In this document: positions 20,553 through 29,639 of the stretch, one piece after another
How positions within the stretch are numbered: position 1 is the first letter of the stretch
Layout: every line of letters begins with the position of its first letter
Assembly (NCBI RefSeq): GCF_035547335.1
Contig: NZ_DASZVF010000067.1
Span: 21,768-85,767, forward strand
Source of the DNA: Humibacter sp.
GTDB taxonomy: Bacteria; Actinomycetota; Actinomycetes; Actinomycetales; Microbacteriaceae
Reading direction: 5' to 3'
Length of the DNA stretch: 64,000 bases
Translations under genes and position numbers: made by a program
Notes under the pieces: model-generated
Databases searched by the model: none
What the model was told of the DNA's origin: nothing
What the model saw: the letters and a program-made list of their open reading frames with translations, nothing else

Positions 20553-20881
20553 GGATTCCAATGCACACCACATCTCATACGTGCCATCGGGCCGCATCCC
20601 GAGGTAGTGGCTGCCCCCCCGGGTCGCCGATTGGATGCGGGCATCCCCCCTCTGCTTGCCAATGCCTGAATGGGGAACGAGTGCTTGAGCTTGAGCCCAC
20701 GCACGTAGTCGACGAAGTCTCGGATGCTTTCGCGGTCGCAGCAACGACCGCTGACGCGCTGCTGGCCGTCAACGACCTCGGCACAAGCTTGCCGTTTGCA
20801 CCATTCGTGTCCGCTCGCCGATGCCCGTGCGTGCAGTAGGTCGGCGGTACCGGCTCGGGGTGCCCTAATGACTTATCAGCG

Positions 20882-20899
20882 TGCCCCGCCGGGCTCGAA
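20882..20899. repeat. partial copy of the tRNA-Lys 3' end (att-like direct repeat)
   Basis: TGCCCCGCCGGGCTCGAA versus TGCCCCCCGCCGGGCTCGAA at 21708-21727, in the same orientation. Identical except for a C-run 2 nt shorter. Confidence 0.6.
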
Positions 20900-21065
20900 T
20901 GCTGCCAACCAGACGCAGAGCACCTGCCCCACCGGCTCCAGACTGGTCACGCAGACACCGTAATCCCGTTCACCTGCCCGGCTCACGCCCTCGATCAATT
21001 CGTCAGCGGATCCCGCTACGCGTGGTCAAGGCGTGAGCCGCAAGTGCGGCGGTATGGTCTCGCGT

Positions 21066-21599
21066 ATGACTCGACCTGCTTACGACGCGGTGTGGATCAA
21101 CGGGAGCGTCGGCGCGGGCAAAACCACAACCGCTGATCGGTTGGGTGAAGAGTTGGAGAATCGCGGCATCCCGGGTGCGGTGATTGATGTCGACTGGCTC
21201 CGTCGCGCCTGGCCGTCTCCACGAGATGACCCATTCCAGTTCGAGCTGGCTGTGGCAAACATCAGGGCTGTCGCCAGGCAGTTTCGTGCTCGCGGTGCGC
21301 AGATCATCGTGGCTGCTGGCGTGGTGGAGACGACCGAGCAGTTCGACCGCTGCGTAGGGGCGCTTGAAGCCGAGCACTCGCTACTGGTGCGTCTGGTTCT
21401 GGACCCCGATATCGCACTGGCCCGGCTGAGGTTTCGGCACGGCGAGAACACGAACGAACTTGAGTGGCATGAACGACGGCATCCGGAGCTGGCCGAAATC
21501 CTCGAACGCGTCGAATTCCCGTCCGAGTTGGTTCTCGATAGTACGAGTCTTTCCGTCACCGATATCGCCGGGCGGATCGCTGACCGAGTCCTCAATTGA
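21066..21599 (+). CDS. small P-loop NTPase/kinase (TmrB/AAA_33-like)
   Basis: Walker A VWINGSVGAGKTTTADRL close to the N-terminus. Size and ends resemble B. subtilis TmrB (IWINGAFGSGKTQTA...; from memory). Many A/T-ending codons. Confidence 0.7.
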   Translation: MTRPAYDAVWINGSVGAGKTTTADRLGEELENRGIPGAVIDVDWLRRAWPSPRDDPFQFELAVANIRAVARQFRARGAQIIVAAGVVETTEQFDRCVGALEAEHSLLVRLVLDPDIALARLRFRHGENTNELEWHERRHPELAEILERVEFPSELVLDSTSLSVTDIAGRIADRVLN

Positions 21600-21707
21600 T
21601 CGTGCGCTGGCACGCATCGGGATCCTCGGGATTGCGAAACCAATGCGAATCCTTCATTCGAGGACAGCTGTTCCGTCATCGAACGGCTTGATCCCGCCGA
21701 TCCTCAG

Positions 21708-21780
21708 TGCCCCCCGCCGGGCTCGAACCGGCGACCCGCGGATTAAAAGTCCGATGCTCTACCAACTGAGCTAGAGGGGC
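21708..21780 (-). tRNA. tRNA-Lys (anticodon UUU)
   Basis: Folded by hand, 73 nt. Acceptor GCCCCTC/GGGGGGC, D-arm GCTC-AGTTGGTA-GAGC, anticodon loop CTTTTAA, T-arm GCCGG-TTCGAGC-CCGGC. No encoded CCA. Confidence 0.9.
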
Positions 21781-21908
21781 GCGCAGACCAATCTACCGGG
21801 CGAGCACATCGCCTGGGAGACGCCGCAGGCGCAGGGCGGATGACAGACGAAGGCGGGCGCCGCGACATCTGTCTGCAACGCCCGCCTGTGCGAGTAGGAG
21901 TGGGGGTG

Positions 21909-22073
21909 TCAGACACGCCGCCTTCCGGTGAGCGCCCGAACGATCCACACGATGATGGCCAAGACCAGCAGAACGATTCCGACCCAGAGCAGCCAGCTGA
22001 CCGCCTGAACGAAACCGCCCGTGAAGAGCAGAATGACGGCGATGATCGCCACGATGATCAGCAAAATGTTCAT
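21909..22073 (-). CDS. small hydrophobic (2-TM) protein
   Basis: 54 aa, MNILLIIVAIIAVILLFTGGF...VLLVLAIIVWIV. A stem-loop lies downstream (21851-21887). Short, so uncertain. Confidence 0.45.
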   Translation of the reverse strand: MNILLIIVAIIAVILLFTGGFVQAVSWLLWVGIVLLVLAIIVWIVRALTGRRRV

Positions 22074-22201
22074 GGCCGTCACGCTATCGGCGGCCCCTCC
22101 CACGGGGGTAGTCCCTTGACAAGAGGCTCCGATTCATGCGTATCGGCCGCGGAGAGCCGCAGAATCGGCGCGGATGCCCGACGGGTGCGGACGTGCGCCA
22201 G

Positions 22202-22858
22202 ATGCGGAATCCTTGTCGGGTGACAGACTCGAAACGCCCGTACCACAAGCCGACGAAGTTCCCCGGCTTCAAGTTCGACGACATGCATGGCGCGGAAGAT
22301 CCCGCCACCACGAGCCGAGTCGCGCACGAGACGGCCGCAGCGCTGCTGGAGCGCGTGCGCAGGCATCCTGACCCCGAGATCGTCTCCCGGCTCGTCGCGT
22401 ACACCGACGACAACGGCATCGACGCCATCGCCGAGCTCTGGTCGCGGGCGGCCGCGCACAGCCTGCCCGGCGCGCTCTGGCGCATCTACCTGATCCGGCT
22501 CGCGATCAAGGAGGATCCGCACGCCACGAGTCTCCAGTTCCAGCGCGGAACCGAGGTGCTCCAGTCCATCGACGAGGTGGTCGCGGGAGCGGAGACACCG
22601 ACGGGTCCGAACGAGATCATCGAGCTCGCCGACCGCATTCTGCGCGGGGTGTTCGAGGGTGACTTCGCCGTGGCGCTCGACAGGGCGGCGGCATTCTGTC
22701 GCGTGAGCGCCGCCGGATGCACGAGCCTCGCGGATGACGCCGACCACACCGAACCGGAGCGGGCGAGCCTGCTCACGCGGCGTGCACTGAGGTTCTCGCA
22801 GTTCGCCTCCGAGCTGACGACAGCGGCCCGGCTCTGGCGCGACGACTCGCTGGAGTGA
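22202..22858 (+). CDS. hypothetical protein
   Basis: Long ORF with coding-like composition (…IDAIAELWSRAAAHSLPGALWRIYLIRLAI…). Start uncertain (22136, 22202 or 22220). No family recognised. Confidence 0.55.
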   Translation: MRNPCRVTDSKRPYHKPTKFPGFKFDDMHGAEDPATTSRVAHETAAALLERVRRHPDPEIVSRLVAYTDDNGIDAIAELWSRAAAHSLPGALWRIYLIRLAIKEDPHATSLQFQRGTEVLQSIDEVVAGAETPTGPNEIIELADRILRGVFEGDFAVALDRAAAFCRVSAAGCTSLADDADHTEPERASLLTRRALRFSQFASELTTAARLWRDDSLE

Positions 22859-22901
22859 CGAGCAGAGCTGCGACAACCCGGGCGGCGCGCAGCCCGGACG
22901 C

Positions 22902-24830
22902 TCAGCCCAGGCGGTCGAGCGCCGACGCCACGCAGTCGGCGTAGAGCACGCCGCCCTGCGATCCCGGATGGATGCCGTCAGGTCCCAGAAGCTCGGGATG
23001 CGCCGCGATCGCATCGTGCCAGTCGGCGAGCGCGGTCTGCGGATGCGCCGCGACGAAGCCGGCGAGATCGCCGTCCACCTCCTGCAGCCACGGCCGATCC
23101 GCGAAGATGTTCACGAACACGATGCGGCGGCCCGGTCCGACGGCCGCGAGGTCGCGGTCGAGCGTGCCCGTTCCGAGGTATCCGTTGGTCCCCAGGCCGA
23201 TCACGACCGTGTCCCTGAGCGTTCCGGCAGCGGCCTTCTGCGCCAGAAGGGTGGGAGCGTCGCGCGGCGATCGTGACACGACGGCGTCGATGTCGATCCC
23301 GGGGAAGGCGGTCAGCAGCGCTGGGGCGGAGGCGAGCATCACCGAGTCGCCGATCGCCGTGATGCCTGCCCCGTTCCTCGGCTCGGGCGGCACGACGGGG
23401 CCCGGCCGCGTGGTCGTGGGCTGCGGTGTCGGCGTGGCCGACGGCGACGCGCCGGTCGCGGACGGTGTCGGGGGAGCAGCGGTCGGGGTGCCCGTGCTCG
23501 GCTGCTGGTGTCGTGCGGCGTCGATCGCGCGTTGTCCCGCCGCCACCTGCTGTTCGGCGATCGTGCCCTTCATGCCCTCGACGGCGGCGGCGGACGTGCC
23601 CACCACACCCACCAGTAGCGCGACACAGCCCGCGCTCGCTGCGGCGAACAGGGCGGGACGGGCGCGGCGAGCGCTCGTGAACGGGCGGGTCAGCATCCGG
23701 AAGCCACCGCGCCTGATGGGCGTCTCGACGAAGCGGTAGGAGAGTGCCGTGGCCACGGCGCTGATGGCGAGAGCGATCGACGGAACGAGCCACGCCCAGG
23801 CCCCGGCCGGCGGCCCGGGCAGTGCTGCCGCGACCAGCACGAGCACCGGCCAGTGCCAGAGGTAAAGCCCGTACGACCGCACGCCAACCGCTCGCAGCGG
23901 CCGCACGTCGAGCGCTGCACCCAGAGCCGATCCCGGCCTCGTCGCCGCCCACACCACGCCGACCGAGAGCAGCGATACGACGCCGAGACCGCCGTCGTAG
24001 TTGAACGCGTCGCTGTCGTGCACGAACACCGCGTAGCAGGTCAGGGCGACCAGCGACAGGATGCCGACGGCCGGCGCGGACCGCCTGGCGAACCGTTCGC
24101 CCCACGACTCGTGCCCGTACAGGTTCCACCTTCGCTGCCGGTCGAGCACGAAGGCGAGCCCCGCACCCAGCGCCAGCCCGAAGAAGTGGGTTCCCGTGCC
24201 GTAGTAGACGCCGCTCGGATCGGAGCCCGGACGGTACAGCGCGGCCATGGCGGCGACGGATGCCAGTGCGAGCAGCAGCGGGACGATCGCGCGGCCGCGG
24301 CGCGGCATCCACGCCACGAGTGCGAGCACCACGAACGGCCAGACGAGGTAGAACTGTTCCTCGACCGCGAGCGACCACAGATTGCGGAACAGCTGGGGCG
24401 AGCCCTGCGCGAAGTAGCTCTGATCCAGGGCGATGTACACCCAGTTGCTGCTGAACGTGAGCGCGCCGGCGATCTGCGCGCCGATGCCTGCGAGCACGTC
24501 CTTGCCGACGAACAGCGCAGCGGTGCAGCACGTGAGCACGAGCACGACGAGGGCGGGGAGCAGGCGGCGAGCTCTGCGCATCCAGAACGAGCCCAGCCGC
24601 TCCTTGCGCCCGAGGGAACCGGTGAGCAATGACGTGATGAGAAACCCGCTGATCACGAAGAACACGTCGACGCCGATGTATCCGCCGGGCAGCGCGCCGG
24701 GCACGTAGTGGTACACGATGACGGCGATCACCGCGAGCGCCCGCAGACCGTCAAGACCGGGCAGGCGCGTCGGCATGCGCGACGCAGGAGGAGCCGGCGG
24801 CGCTATCGGGAGGCGGGTGTGCGGAGCCAT
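22902..24830 (-). CDS. acyltransferase-3 (OafA/YrhL) membrane protein fused to a C-terminal SGNH/GDSL domain
   Basis: N-terminal LDGLRALAVIAVIVYH plus about 10 TM helices. A Pro/Thr linker, then ITAIGDSVML (SGNH block I). Confidence 0.85.
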   Translation of the reverse strand: MAPHTRLPIAPPAPPASRMPTRLPGLDGLRALAVIAVIVYHYVPGALPGGYIGVDVFFVISGFLITSLLTGSLGRKERLGSFWMRRARRLLPALVVLVLTCCTAALFVGKDVLAGIGAQIAGALTFSSNWVYIALDQSYFAQGSPQLFRNLWSLAVEEQFYLVWPFVVLALVAWMPRRGRAIVPLLLALASVAAMAALYRPGSDPSGVYYGTGTHFFGLALGAGLAFVLDRQRRWNLYGHESWGERFARRSAPAVGILSLVALTCYAVFVHDSDAFNYDGGLGVVSLLSVGVVWAATRPGSALGAALDVRPLRAVGVRSYGLYLWHWPVLVLVAAALPGPPAGAWAWLVPSIALAISAVATALSYRFVETPIRRGGFRMLTRPFTSARRARPALFAAASAGCVALLVGVVGTSAAAVEGMKGTIAEQQVAAGQRAIDAARHQQPSTGTPTAAPPTPSATGASPSATPTPQPTTTRPGPVVPPEPRNGAGITAIGDSVMLASAPALLTAFPGIDIDAVVSRSPRDAPTLLAQKAAAGTLRDTVVIGLGTNGYLGTGTLDRDLAAVGPGRRIVFVNIFADRPWLQEVDGDLAGFVAAHPQTALADWHDAIAAHPELLGPDGIHPGSQGGVLYADCVASALDRLG

Positions 24831-25089
24831 CGGGGCCCGAGTCTAACCGGGGCTTCCGTCGGCGGAAGTCAGGCTGTTCGGGAATACCCCGGGGGCTGAT
24901 TCGTTAGACTTACGTGGCCGGGCCGCAGTAACCCCGGGCTCCATCATTCGCCGCTTCGAGCGGCCTCGCGCCGAGAGGCGTTCTGCGGCCCGGCACTTGC
25001 GTCTCCGCTCTCGGTCGGCGCATCCGGGCTCTCGCATGCCGCATCGACGCATGCCGCATCGAGTCCAGACGGGGAAGCGGAATCCGCCC

Positions 25090-25869
25090 CTATCCGAATC
25101 GGCCCGAGACGTAGTCCTCCGTCGCCTGCACGGACGGCTTCGTGAAGATCGTCGCCGTGTCGTCGTACTCGATGAGCTTGCCCGGCTTGCCGGTTCCGGC
25201 GATGTTGAAGAACGCCGTGCGGTCGGAGACCCTGGTTGCTTGCTGCATGTTGTGCGTCACGATCACGATCGTGTACTCGCGCTTCAGCTCCTCGATGAGG
25301 TCTTCGATGGCGAGCGTGGAGATCGGGTCGAGGGCCGAGCACGGCTCGTCCATCAGCAGGATGTCAGGCGACACCGCGATCGCCCGCGCGATGCACAGAC
25401 GCTGCTGCTGGCCGCCGGAGAGACCGGAGCCGGGTAGGTGCAAGCGGTCCTTGACCTCGTTCCACAGGTTCGCGCCGCGTAGGGACTGCTCGACGAGTGC
25501 GTCCTGATCGCTCTTCGACATCCTGCGGTTGTTGAGCTTGACTCCGGCCAGCACGTTGTCGCGGATCGACATGGTCGGGAACGGGTTCGCGCGCTGGAAC
25601 ACCATGCCCACCTGGCGCCGCACGAGAACCGGGTCGACGCCGGGCGCATACAGGTTGTCGCCGTCGATGAGCACCTCGCCGGAGACGTGCGCCCCGGGGA
25701 TCACCTCGTGCATGCGGTTGAGCGTGCGCAGGAAGGTGGACTTGCCGCATCCGCTCGGCCCGATGAACGCCGTGACGGTGCGCGGCTCGATGGTCATGCT
25801 CACGCCCTCGACGGCGAGGAAGTCGCCGTAGTACACGTCGAGGTCGTTCACATTGATGCGCTTGGACAC
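25090..25869 (-). CDS. pstB: phosphate ABC transporter ATP-binding protein
   Basis: 259 aa with [22 protein letters not shown] and the PstB-typical C-terminus. Confidence 0.95.
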   Translation of the reverse strand: MSKRINVNDLDVYYGDFLAVEGVSMTIEPRTVTAFIGPSGCGKSTFLRTLNRMHEVIPGAHVSGEVLIDGDNLYAPGVDPVLVRRQVGMVFQRANPFPTMSIRDNVLAGVKLNNRRMSKSDQDALVEQSLRGANLWNEVKDRLHLPGSGLSGGQQQRLCIARAIAVSPDILLMDEPCSALDPISTLAIEDLIEELKREYTIVIVTHNMQQATRVSDRTAFFNIAGTGKPGKLIEYDDTATIFTKPSVQATEDYVSGRFG

Positions 25870-25888
25870 GCTTGCTCCTGTCAGGTTT

Positions 25889-26995
25889 CTACCGCAGACC
25901 CTTGGGTGCGAACACCCTGGCGACGATACGCGCGATGAGATTCAGGATGACGACGAGCAGCACGAGCAGCAGAGCCGCGCCCCACGCCGACTGGTACGAG
26001 GACGCGATGTCCTGCGAAGGGAACTTGTAGTCCGTGTACACCATCACCGCGACGGTCTGCATGGGCCCGTTGAACGGATTGGCGTTGAAGTTGTCGGTGA
26101 AGCTCGCGGCGATGAAGATGGGCGCCGTCTCGCCGATCACGCGCGAGATGGCGAGCATGACGCCCGTGATGATCCCGGCGATGGCGGTGGGAAGCACGAT
26201 GCGCACGATGGTCGAGAACTTCGTCACGCCCAGCGCGTACGACGCCTCCCGCAGGTCGTTCGAGACGAGCTTGAGCATCTCCTCTGTCGAGCGGATCACG
26301 ATCGGGATCATGAGCACCGAGAGTGCGATGGAGGCGGAGAAGCCGCTGAACGCCTTGGGCCCGACGATCAGCGTGAACAGCGAGAACGCGAACAGGCCGG
26401 CCACGATCGACGGGATGCCCGTCATCACGTCGACCAGGAACGTCACGACCCGCGCCATCCACTGCTTGGGCTGCGCGTACTCCACCAGGTAGATGGCGGC
26501 CATGATGCCGATCGGAATCGAGATGAGGGCGGCGATGCCGGTGATGATGAGCGTTCCGACGATGGCCTGCCACGCGCCGGTCACGACGGTGACCTTGAGC
26601 GTCTTGGGGTCGAAGACGCTGCCGCCGGTCTTCGTGATGAAGTCCCAGGTGAGCGCCGGCGCGCCGCCCACGATGACCGTGATCAGCGTCGAGACCAGTG
26701 GGATGAGCGCGAGCAGGAACGCGATCGTGACGAGCCCGCGGATGACGCGGTCTGTCGCCTTCCGGCGGTTCTCCACGACCGTGGACAGGATGCCGAGGCC
26801 GACCAGGTAGACGACGGCGCTGAGGACGAGCCAGCCGACGATGCTGAACCCGGTCATCGCGAGCACGGCAGCGCTGACGGCCAGGGCGCCGATGAGTGTG
26901 TAGAGCTCGACGAAACGCGGCAACTGTCCGGAGGTGAGCGCGTTCGGAACGGGTCCGCGCGGCCTGCGGCCGTTCTGGGTGAGGGTGGCGGTCAT
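25889..26995 (-). CDS. pstA: phosphate ABC transporter permease PstA
   Basis: Permease with the EAA-loop [13 protein letters not shown]. Start at ATG 26995, overlapping the pstC stop (ATGA). The ORF-track start at 27829 is an in-frame read-through of pstC antisense frames. Confidence 0.9.
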   Translation of the reverse strand: MTATLTQNGRRPRGPVPNALTSGQLPRFVELYTLIGALAVSAAVLAMTGFSIVGWLVLSAVVYLVGLGILSTVVENRRKATDRVIRGLVTIAFLLALIPLVSTLITVIVGGAPALTWDFITKTGGSVFDPKTLKVTVVTGAWQAIVGTLIITGIAALISIPIGIMAAIYLVEYAQPKQWMARVVTFLVDVMTGIPSIVAGLFAFSLFTLIVGPKAFSGFSASIALSVLMIPIVIRSTEEMLKLVSNDLREASYALGVTKFSTIVRIVLPTAIAGIITGVMLAISRVIGETAPIFIAASFTDNFNANPFNGPMQTVAVMVYTDYKFPSQDIASSYQSAWGAALLLVLLVVILNLIARIVARVFAPKGLR

Positions 26996-28212
26996 CGGTC
27001 GGCGGCCTCCTCGGCCTTCTCCACGGCGCGGTGTGCGAGTAGGGGGCTGGCCGCGGCATCCGTGGAGAGCGTGGATGTCGGATCGGACGGCGGCAGCGAG
27101 CGCGCCGCTCTCGTCTTGCGCCTGGCGCCGGACCCGGTTCGCGAGATGACCCACCTGGCCACGAAGTTCACGCCGAACGAGATGATGAACAGCGCGAGGC
27201 CGGTGGCGATGAGCGCATCGCGCTGCAGCGGGTTCGACTCCGGGAAGTTGAGGGCGGCGTTCGCCGCGATGGTCTGCGAGTTCTTCGTGTCGGTGATCAG
27301 GTGGACGGAGTAGATCAGCGAGGGCGAGATGATGAGCGCGATGGCCATGGTCTCGCCGAGTGCTCGGCCGAGACCGAGCAGCGTGGCGCTGACGATGCCG
27401 CTTCTGGCGTACGGGAACACCGCGAGCTTGATCATCTCCCACTTGGTCGAGCCGAGCGCGAGCGCCGCCTCCTCGTGCAGGCGAGGTGTCTGCAGGAAGA
27501 TCTCGCGCGAGATCGACGTGATGATCGGGAGGATCATGACGGCCAGCACGACGCCTCCGGCCAGCATGGTCGAACCCGTACGTGACACGGGGCCACCGAA
27601 CAGCGGGATCCAGCCGAGGTACTGGTTCAGCCAGTCCTGGAAGGGAACGATGAACGGCCGGATGACGAAGATGCCCCAGAGGCCGAACACGACGGACGGA
27701 ACGGCCGCCAGAAGATCGACGAGGTAGCCGAGCACGCCCGCCAGACGTCTCGGCGCATAGTGCGAGATGAACAGCGCGATGCCGATGGCGACGGGGGCGC
27801 CCAGCACGAGGGCGATGAGAGCGGACCACAGCGTTCCCCAGACGAGGGGGCCGACGTACGCCCAGAACGAGGAGTGTCCCTGCGTCGTGCCGTGGGACAG
27901 GTCCGGGTTCGTGGCCCAGTTCGCCGTGATCGCGGGGCTGGCCTTGATGATGAGGAAGAGCGCGACGCCGGCCAGGATCACCATGATCAGGGCGGCCGAG
28001 CCCGTGCTCAGGAACCGGAAGATCCGGTCGGCGGGGCGGGCCTTGACTCTGTCCTCACTGCGACGCCGGCCACGGCCGCCCGAGTCGGGACGGCCCTGTG
28101 TGGACCGGTCGTGTCGTGACCGGTCCGATCCGGATGCGCGGAGGGCATCCCCGTCCGTCCTGCGGTCGACCGCATCGTTCAGCGGAGGTCGCACAGCGGT
28201 ATTCTCTGTCAC
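26992..28212 (-). CDS. pstC: phosphate ABC transporter permease PstC
   Basis: Permease with LHEAALALGSTKWE. GTG start at 28212 gives a long charged N-terminal extension, so the true start may be further in. Confidence 0.88.
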   Translation of the reverse strand: MTENTAVRPPLNDAVDRRTDGDALRASGSDRSRHDRSTQGRPDSGGRGRRRSEDRVKARPADRIFRFLSTGSAALIMVILAGVALFLIIKASPAITANWATNPDLSHGTTQGHSSFWAYVGPLVWGTLWSALIALVLGAPVAIGIALFISHYAPRRLAGVLGYLVDLLAAVPSVVFGLWGIFVIRPFIVPFQDWLNQYLGWIPLFGGPVSRTGSTMLAGGVVLAVMILPIITSISREIFLQTPRLHEEAALALGSTKWEMIKLAVFPYARSGIVSATLLGLGRALGETMAIALIISPSLIYSVHLITDTKNSQTIAANAALNFPESNPLQRDALIATGLALFIISFGVNFVARWVISRTGSGARRKTRAARSLPPSDPTSTLSTDAAASPLLAHRAVEKAEEAADR

Positions 28213-28272
28213 TTCACTCTCTCTGACGACGTCGACGTTCGGGTCGGGACGCGGATGCCCTCTGCGGTGCTG

Positions 28273-29397
28273 CTACTTGACGAGCTTCAGGCTCGCGGCG
28301 ACATCCGCCTGGACCTTGCTCGGAAGCGGAGCCGAACCGGCGTTCGCGGCGGCGACCTTCTGACCGGTCTCGCTGGCGACGAAGCCGAGGTAGGCGGCCG
28401 TCAGCTTGGCCTGAGCCGCATCCTTGAACGTCGTGCAGACGACGTCATAGGAGAGCAGCGGGATCGGGTACGCCGACTTGTCGGTGATCTTCGTGTAGTC
28501 GATCTTCTGGAGCAGATCGCCCTTCACCTGCGGTGTGGCGGATGCGGCCGAGTCGAACGCCTTGGTGGCGCCGGCGGCGGAGTAGTCGACGAACGTCTTG
28601 CTCGTGCCGACCTGGATCTTCGCGGCCTCGGCGTTGCCGATGGAACTGTGGTCGGCGTATCCGATCGTCCCCGTTCCGGCCGTGACGGTGTTCACCACGC
28701 CGCTGCCGCCCTGCTGGCCGCTCGTGCCCTGAACGGGCCATGCGGTCGAGACCGGGTAGGTCCACACGCTGGGCTGCGTCTGGCTCAGGTAGCTCGTGAA
28801 GTTGGCCGTCGTGCCGGAGCCGTCAGCGCGGGAGACCACGGTGATGGCCGAGTCCGGAAGGTTCTGTCCCGGGTTGTCGGCCGTGATCTCCGGGTCGTTC
28901 CACTTCGTCACCTTGAGGCTGAAGATGTCGGCGACCGTCTTGTTCGACAGCTGCAGCTTCACGCCGGGCAGGTTGTAGATGATGGCCACGCCGGAGAGGT
29001 AGGTCGGGAGGTTGAGCGCGCCGTTGGGGCCGCAGTTCGCCTGCGACTGGGTCTGCTGGTCGGCGGTGAGTCCGGCGTCGGTCCCGGCGAAGTCGTAGGA
29101 GCCGTTCAGCCAGTTCGTGACGCCGCCGCCCGAGCCCTGCGACTTGTCGTAGTTGATGGTCACACCCTTGGCCTGCGCCTGGAAGGCTGCGGTCCACGCG
29201 GCCTGAGCATTGGCCTGTGCGCTCGAGCCGCCTGCGGTGATCGTGCCGGAGAGCGAGCTGTAGTCCGCGGCCGAGTCGGTCGTGGAGGCAGCGGGCGTGC
29301 CGGAGCTCTTGGCGCCGCCGTCTCCCGAGCAGGCGCTGAGCGCGAGCACGGAGGCGAGGGCGATGGCACTCGCCGCAGCTGCTTTGTTGAACTTCAC
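28273..29397 (-). CDS. pstS: phosphate-binding lipoprotein PstS
   Basis: VKFNKAAAASAIALASVLALSAC lipoprotein signal, then a PBP fold (GGSSAQ...GSGGG). GTG 29397 is preceded by GAAGGGA. Confidence 0.9.
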   Translation of the reverse strand: MKFNKAAAASAIALASVLALSACSGDGGAKSSGTPAASTTDSAADYSSLSGTITAGGSSAQANAQAAWTAAFQAQAKGVTINYDKSQGSGGGVTNWLNGSYDFAGTDAGLTADQQTQSQANCGPNGALNLPTYLSGVAIIYNLPGVKLQLSNKTVADIFSLKVTKWNDPEITADNPGQNLPDSAITVVSRADGSGTTANFTSYLSQTQPSVWTYPVSTAWPVQGTSGQQGGSGVVNTVTAGTGTIGYADHSSIGNAEAAKIQVGTSKTFVDYSAAGATKAFDSAASATPQVKGDLLQKIDYTKITDKSAYPIPLLSYDVVCTTFKDAAQAKLTAAYLGFVASETGQKVAAANAGSAPLPSKVQADVAASLKLVK

Positions 29398-29516
29398 TGT
29401 GTTCCCTTCGGGAGTGGGTGACTGCCGTTCGCGGGCCGCGTGCCTCGTGATGAGCGGCCGTGAAGGACGCACGGCATGGGCCGGGTACCGGCCTGTGAGT
29501 GAAGGTAGGTTCGGGG

Positions 29517-29556
29517 CGTGACCAGAGTCCCCCTCGGCGGTGAACGCGAGGTTAAC
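29517..29556 (-). promoter_or_regulatory. candidate PHO boxes (11-nt-phased GTTCACC-like direct repeats)
   Basis: Minus strand reads GTTAACC-N4-GTTCACC-N15-GGTCACG, with starts spaced 11 and 22 nt, 120-160 nt upstream of pstS. Confidence 0.45.
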
Positions 29557-29639
29557 GAAGGGCGAAGGGTTGCAAGGTCACTGGCGGTGCGCGGCGGACT
29601 GACGCACTATGGAGGCTTCGATGCGTGCCGCCGGCCGGG

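Larger units (their letters stand above)
20882..21727. mobile_element. putative remnant integrated element (about 0.85 kb) at tRNA-Lys
   Basis: Bounded by the tRNA 3'-end duplication. Carries one lower-GC gene and no integrase. Confidence 0.4.

Noticed and set aside
21003-21377. 124-aa ORF antisense to the P-loop gene, as a possible antitoxin or partner.
   Set aside because: It fully overlaps the P-loop CDS on the opposite strand, with no SD and no recognisable fold. It is most likely spurious.
25033-25062. 15-bp tandem duplication CGCATGCCGCATCGA x2 downstream of pstB.
   Set aside because: There are only two short copies, and no associated structure or gene could be argued. It is listed only as part of the general repeat theme.
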